From: Octopus vulgaris
Taxonomy: Eukaryota
DNA length: 64,000 bases
Assembly (NCBI GenBank): GCA_951406725.2
Contig: OX597827.1
Location: 47,368,001-47,432,000 of the forward strand
Reading direction: 5' to 3'
In this document: piece after piece, positions 58,291 through 64,000 of the stretch
Layout: each line of letters begins with the position of its first letter
How positions within the stretch are numbered: position 1 is the stretch's first letter
Made by a program: the position numbers and the translations under genes
The notes under the pieces: model-generated
The model's input: only the letters and a program-made list of their open reading frames with translations
The model's database searches: none
What the model was told of the DNA's origin: nothing

Positions 58291-58529
58291 ACATCCATTC
58301 AGGACTTCATTTATTTATTTATTTTTTTAATACATATTTTACCTATGAATTTGCGCGTGTAATCTGGGAATGCATACAATGAGCTTCTCTGCCCTGAGTG
58401 TGCGGAAAACACTCGGCGAGAAAAGGAAGAAAATTTGATGAATGAAGGAAAATAATAATAATAATGATAACAACAACAACAATAATAATAATATTGGGGA
58501 ATATTATTCCAAACGTTAGATATGTTACA

Positions 58530-58650
58530 ACTATTATTGTAGGCTTTCCATTTAATCGTCGTAATAAAATCTTTAATATTATTAATAAGTTTTAAAATAT
58601 ATTCCTTTCTAGATGGTATAGGAATATCTTTCAAAGATGAATTCCAAAAT
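58530..58650 (-). mobile_element. Penelope-like element ORF N-terminal fragment
   Basis: SLKDIPIPSRKEYILKLINNIKDFITTIKWKAY resembles the recalled PLE N-terminal motif S.KNIPIP....Y...LI...E.F..RMRWKA. Confidence 0.6.
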
Positions 58651-59122
58651 AGCGGTTCTGTCTTACCTGTAAGATAATCATTTACTGGTTTCAGTCAGTA
58701 GACTGCAGCCATACTGGAGCACCACATTGGAGAAGTTATATTCTAATGAATCGACCCCGGTGCGTATTTTCTAAAGCCTGGTACGCATTCTATCGGATTC
58801 TTTTGCCGAACTTCAAATTTACGGTGGACCTTACTTTCGAACGGCCAGCCTTGTCACATTTCGCTGAATCTCCCGAGAACTCCATTAGGCATACACGTTT
58901 TTCGGGAATGCCCAGCCACGTTCACGTATAATTTTAGAGGTGACAGTTCCGTTGATCGGATCTACTTGAATATTCATCTTCTAGAAAAAAACTTAGAAGC
59001 TAAAAGTTGCCCGTTGTACACACCATAGGTTTGTAAGTCAATGTCAGAAGTAAAGTAAGACAAATATTATAATTTCAATGATCACACATTCATTCAATGT
59101 AATTAACGTGTGTGATACATGT

Positions 59123-59228
59123 TGGCGCAGGAGTGGCACCTTGGGTATATCTTTTCTACCATTGCCTCGGGCCGACCACATCGTTCTGAATGTGGATTTG
59201 GTTAACGGAAACTGAAAGTAACCCGTCT

Positions 59229-59265
<37 letters not shown>

Positions 59266-59380
59266 ACATATATATGTATATATTATTTGTATGTATCTGC
59301 GTGTGTATGTGTCCTGTGCTACAGCTTGGCAGCTGGTGTTGGTATATTCCAGTATCCGTTACACAGCGGTTCAGTCAAAG
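59123..59380 (+). mobile_element. SINE family A, deleted/degenerate
   Basis: GGCGCAGGAGTGGCACCTTGGG..GCCTCGGGCCGACC..GGAAACTGAAAG. Confidence 0.7.
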
Positions 59381-59705
59381 GGTCCATACAAACTACAACA
59401 ACAACAACAACAACAACAAAAGAATAGCTTCATTCGATTAAAGAATTTTAGAACCTTGCAACCGCGGACCGGTTTCTGGGTTATTGCACTTTATCAATAA
59501 AGTAGCTTGGCCGGCTACATGTCGCTACTGAACTGGTGCCGAGAATATATAGATTTCAAAGTGACACACAGACACTGATCTAGACTGATCTAATATTTAT
59601 TATATATATATCGAAAAGGGTATTCAATCCAACATTTCTATGCTGTAATATACAGCTTTATGTTGTGTGCCTCGAAATACAAGATATGTACATATACAGA
59701 CGCAC

Positions 59706-60165
59706 ATACGGTGAATAAATTGTCGTCTAACTTACACAAAAATGAAAATAACATGGACATCTCATTTTAACAGAGATATTTATCAAAATTTCATAAATAT
59801 ATCTTGAAATACTAAAGAGTAAATTTATTCAGTAAAATCGCCATCGCCATTGGTTTCAAGCATGGCCTCCAGACAACTTCAGAATCTCCTGCAACTCTTC
59901 TGGATGGTCTCCTTGCTTAAGTTGGTGAACGCTGTCACAATTCTTGCTGTTAGTCCATTTTTAGTGTTCGGTGGTTTCTCGCTCAACTGCGCTCCACACA
60001 TAATAATGAAGGCGTTTGCTGTCTGGGGACTTAATTAGTCATATTTTAGAGGTGGTATAGTCGCAGGAATTATCTGACACCCATGACTGGCTTCTTCTGC
60101 TTGTGTGGCATGATGCAGAGTCCTATTGCAAGACATATAGTCTTCTAGTATTCACCCTTTTGACA
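59706..60165 (-). mobile_element. Tc1/mariner DD37D (maT-like) transposase 3' fragment with terminus
   Basis: Minus strand reads YVLQ*DSASCHTSRRSQSWVSDN..SPDSKRLHYYVWSAVERET..ARIVTAFTNLSKETIQKSCRRF*SCLEAMLETNG (QQDSAPCH / SPDxNPLDYxVW motifs). Confidence 0.8.
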
Positions 60166-60261
60166 TACAAGGAAACCGAACGAACACAAATATAGAGGGT
60201 CGTTATACAAGAACGAGAGGAAAATATTGAACGCTAGGAGGAACATGTTTCTAAAAGAGAA

Positions 60262-60468
60262 AGGATAGGAGAGAGAAAGAAACACTTTTGCACTTTTGAA
60301 GGAAAAGAAAGATGGTCACGTGAGGAAAAGAAAGACGGATGATGGTCACGTGTGAGCAACCAGAGAGAGAATGAGAGAGTAAACGGGAAAAAGCAGAGAG
60401 AGCGATAGAGAGAGAGAGAGAGAGGGAAAGAGATAGAAAATGATGAAAGGGACAGATAGAAAACAGTG
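60262..60468 (-). repeat. left arm of a diverged inverted repeat (partner 62394-62560)
   Basis: The reverse complement contains CACTGTTTTCTATCTGTC and GTTGCTCACACGTGACCATCATCCGTCTTTCTTTTCCTCACGTGACCATCTTTCTTTT. Confidence 0.8.
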
Positions 60469-60575
60469 TTTAATTTTCCTGTTTTCCATTTTCCCTCGTT
60501 GTTTACGTATCTCACAATATTTGCACCATTGGTGATGTACTGTACCCATATATGCATCTATCTATGTATCTATCA

Positions 60576-60647
<72 letters not shown>

Positions 60648-60700
60648 GTCTATCTGTCTGTCTGTCTGTCTATCTCTCTCTCCTCACTCTCTCTCTCTCT

Positions 60701-60740
<40 letters not shown>

Positions 60741-60960
60741 TCAATATAGGGTGGCAAAAAAATTTTGTAGAATTTTTTTGCCACCAGCGGCCTAGTGGGA
60801 AAAAATTAAATAGTCATAGACCATTTATAAGTTCAACATCACAATCAAGGAACGGCCATAATAGGCCATTCACCCACTAGAAATAACAGCCAAAGCTTCA
60901 ACCGCAAAATAACATTAATTCCGCAAACCAGGAGAAAATTAAAAAAACATTTACCCTGTA

Positions 60961-61067
60961 ATTTCTTATACGATGCACCGTTTCATCTCTTGTTTAATGG
61001 TAAACTAACCTGATTAAATTAAATCAAGCCAATCTTCCATAGGCCCTTAGATTCGTCAGTAAGAAAT
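60961..61067 (-). ncRNA. type I hammerhead ribozyme, copy 1
   Basis: Reverse complement of copy 3; predicted cleavage between 60969 and 60968. Confidence 0.85.
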
Positions 61068-61448
61068 AACCAGATCGGAACAGATATTTTCACGAGGCAC
61101 TTCTGTCCCTGCCTCGGCAATATCTGACCTAAAATTTTCAAATCATCGCACTCGCGCCAAATTTATCGGCAGCAAATAAATATAAGCCGCCGATTCCATT
61201 ACGGAATCAACCAGAAAATTCATAATTAATCAATATAGGGTGGCAAAAAAATTTTGTAGAATTTTTTTGCCACCAGCGGCCTAGTGGGAAAAATTAAATA
61301 GTCATAGACCATTTATAAGTTCAACATCACAATCAAGGAACGGCCATAATAGGCCATTCACCCACTAGAAATAACAGCCAAAGCTTCAACCGCAAAATAA
61401 CATTAATTCCGCAAACCAGGAGAAAATTAAAAAAACATTTACCCTGTA

Positions 61449-61555
61449 ATTTCTTATACGATGCACCGTTTCATCTCTTGTTTAATGGTAAACTAACCTG
61501 ATTAAATTAAATCAAGCCAATCTTCCATAGGCCCTTAGATTCGTCAGTAAGAAAT
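61449..61555 (-). ncRNA. type I hammerhead ribozyme, copy 2
   Basis: Reverse complement of copy 3; predicted cleavage between 61457 and 61456. Confidence 0.85.
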
Positions 61556-61986
61556 AGCCAGATCGGAACAGATATTTTCACGAGGCACTTCTGTCCCTGC
61601 CTCGGCAATATCTGACCTAAAATTTTCAAATCATCGCACTCGCGCCAAATTTATCGGCAGCAAATAAATATAAGCCGCCGATTTCTAGTGGGTGAATGGC
61701 CTATTATGGCCGTTCCTTGATTGTGATGTTGAACTTATAAATGGTCTATGACTATTTAATTTTTTCCCACTAGGCCGCTGGTGGCAAAAAAATTCTACAA
61801 AATTTTTTTGCCACCCTATATTGATTAATTATGAATTTTCTGGTTGATTCCGTAATGGAATCGGCGGCTTATATTTATTTGCTGCCGATAAATTTGGCGC
61901 GAGTGCGATGATTTGAAAATTTTAGGTCAGATATTGCCGAGGCAGGGACAGAAGTGCCTCGTGAAAATATCTGTTCCGATCTGGCT

Positions 61987-62093
61987 ATTTCTTACTGACG
62001 AATCTAAGGGCCTATGGAAGATTGGCTTGATTTAATTTAATCAGGTTAGTTTACCATTAAACAAGAGATGAAACGGTGCATCGTATAAGAAAT
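61987..62093 (+). ncRNA. type I hammerhead ribozyme, copy 3
   Basis: ATTTCTTA-CTGACGA-ATCT-[60 nt]-AGAT-GAAA-CGG-TGCA-TCG-TA-TAAGAAAT. Perfect 8-bp stem I, intact CUGANGA and GAAA core, stems II and III, GUA cleavage triplet (cut after 62085). Confidence 0.88.
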
Positions 62094-62211
62094 TACAGGG
62101 TAAATGTTTTTTTAATTTTCTCCTGGTTTGCGGAATTAATGTTATTTTGCGGTTAAAGCTTTGGCTGTTATTTCTAGTGGGTGAATGGCCTATTATGGCC
62201 GTTCCTTGATT

Positions 62212-62270
<59 letters not shown>

Positions 62271-62393
62271 TACTCATTATTATTTAATTGAACGTGACAC
62301 ATCCATTGCCAAGTAAGTTCATCGTTTATCTTCACCTTCTTGCTGCCATTCTCTGCTCTATACAGTTTTGTTTCTCCATCCTTCTCTAATTCT

Positions 62394-62560
62394 CACCGTT
62401 TTCTATCTGTCTCTCTCTCCCCTCTTTCTCTTTTACTCTCTCTCTTTCTCTCGTTGCTCACACGTGACTATCGTCCATCTTACTTTTCCTCACGTGACCA
62501 TCTTTCTTTTTCCTACACGGACGTTTAAAAGAACGGACGTGTTTTTTCTCTCTCCCTTCT
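62394..62560 (+). repeat. right arm of a diverged inverted repeat (partner 60262-60468)
   Basis: CACCGTTTTCTATCTGTC...GTTGCTCACACGTGACTATCGTCCATCTTACTTTTCCTCACGTGACCATCTTTCTTTT. Confidence 0.8.
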
Positions 62561-64000
62561 ATGAGAGAGCGAGAGAGAGAAAGAGAGGGAGAGAACGAGA
62601 ATTAGAGATAGACATTCATAGATATAGACACATATGCATATGTATGTGTGTGTATATATATATGAACATATGCACGTATATGAGCTTATGTTGCAAGAAC
62701 GTTAATTTTGGATGTCACCTACAGCTCGCACCTGACGTATTACCATATATCGGATACAGCATGACCTAATTTTTAAGAATTTCTTTCGTAGTCCCATGGT
62801 CTCTGATGCCCTTCTGTAATATCTTGGGCAGGTGACTTTCAGTATTGCTTCATGTCAACACAAACATGTGTGTTAAAAATTTATGAGTTGTAAAACTGTA
62901 CCGAAGCCTATTGGATAAATTATACCTGTAATACAATAATTTGGCCTTGGCACAAAATGTGTCCCGCAGATTCTGCCTGAGGATTAAGAGTGCACCTGTT
63001 CGTGGAATAGTCAATCCTTCAGTAAGCTGTTAATCTTATTCATAGAACAACTGTTTCCTCAATGTCGAACCATTGGCGATGGCATTATTACTATAATAGA
63101 AAAAGATTATAAAAATCAAAATGAGCGAGTAACTAAAAGGTGTATCCGGATTTGATTCCCGTTTAAAATATGTTAATTTATTTTATAAAGCATGTGGCCG
63201 TCCATTGCAATTTTCCATATTTTCGGTAAAATATAGCAAATAAGTATAAATATGAATGAGATTTATGGGGAATAAAACAAACGTCTTCACAAAAATAGGA
63301 GATAAAAATATTCAGCAAAAAGAAAAAAAAAGAAGTAGTAAGGTTGATGACTTCATTATTCCAATATTTCTAACCCGAATATTTCAGAATTAAATATTTA
63401 GCAATAGATGTTGGGAACTTCTAAAAGAACTTCCATACTCCTGAGTGAAAGCATCAGTAACATTGATTGATAGAGCGTGTTGCATTGGATATTTCAAAAT
63501 TTTCAATGGAGACACGTAGACATTTACTATCCATTATCTCTGAAGCCAGACAGACATATATGCAAATTATAGATTTCCGGGCGAACGTTAAAACGTACGT
63601 GGTTTAACGATTCGTATTTACTTCATTCTCACAGGGTTTTGGACAAATACTATCGAAAGATTTAATGTGCTTTCTAGAAGTTCATGCCTTTGAATAAAAA
63701 CGTATTGTGAGACTGGGGACATTTCTATTGATACAAATTTTGCTTATAGAAACAGCAATTGCTTCTCCATGAGAATATATTGTTTATATCACAACATAGA
63801 AAGTGTTATTAACCCTTTCTGCTTGACAATACATGAATCAAAATAAGTCTTTGACAGAATTTGTCGATTTTCTTGCGAAAAATGAATGTGAAAAACAAAC
63901 AAAAAAAATCTCAAAGATATAATCTTCAAAGAAACACAGCTTATATTATCATAATTGGTTGAATTGGACGAAATTTGCGAGGAATTTAGAAACGAAAGTG

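Larger units (their letters stand above)
60733..62216. mobile_element. retrozyme-like array: ~489-bp unit, two tandem copies (60733-61221, 61222-61683) plus an inverted, circularly permuted copy (61681-62216)
   Basis: Units are near-identical with only a few differences seen. Non-coding, flanked by (TA)n on both sides, one hammerhead per unit. Confidence 0.85.

Noticed and set aside
60733-61683. Second hammerhead in the opposite polarity, a coding frame, or a CRISPR-like array in the 489-bp unit
   Set aside because: The opposite strand has only CTGATTA and CTGACCT, not CTGANGA. No ORF of 60 aa or more lies within the unit, and there is no repeat-spacer structure.

Overview
AT-rich, microsatellite-dense animal genomic DNA. 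The repeat families resemble those I recall from octopus (coleoid cephalopod), but this assignment is from pattern recognition only. I see no intact host protein-coding gene; most listed ORFs are translations of (TA)n, (CA)n, (TATC)n and (AAT)n tracts. The window holds a 28S rRNA fragment, decayed R4/Dong-clade non-LTR retrotransposons, a decayed hAT-like and two Tc1/mariner transposase relics, Penelope-like relics, a non-autonomous Helitron and many tRNA-derived SINEs. The standout is 60733-62216: about three near-identical copies of a ~489-bp non-coding unit (two tandem, one inverted) inserted in a (TA)n tract. Each copy carries a complete type I hammerhead ribozyme core within a hairpin-rich RNA whose G-U pairs work on one strand only. 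It is a candidate retrozyme / viroid-like circular RNA.
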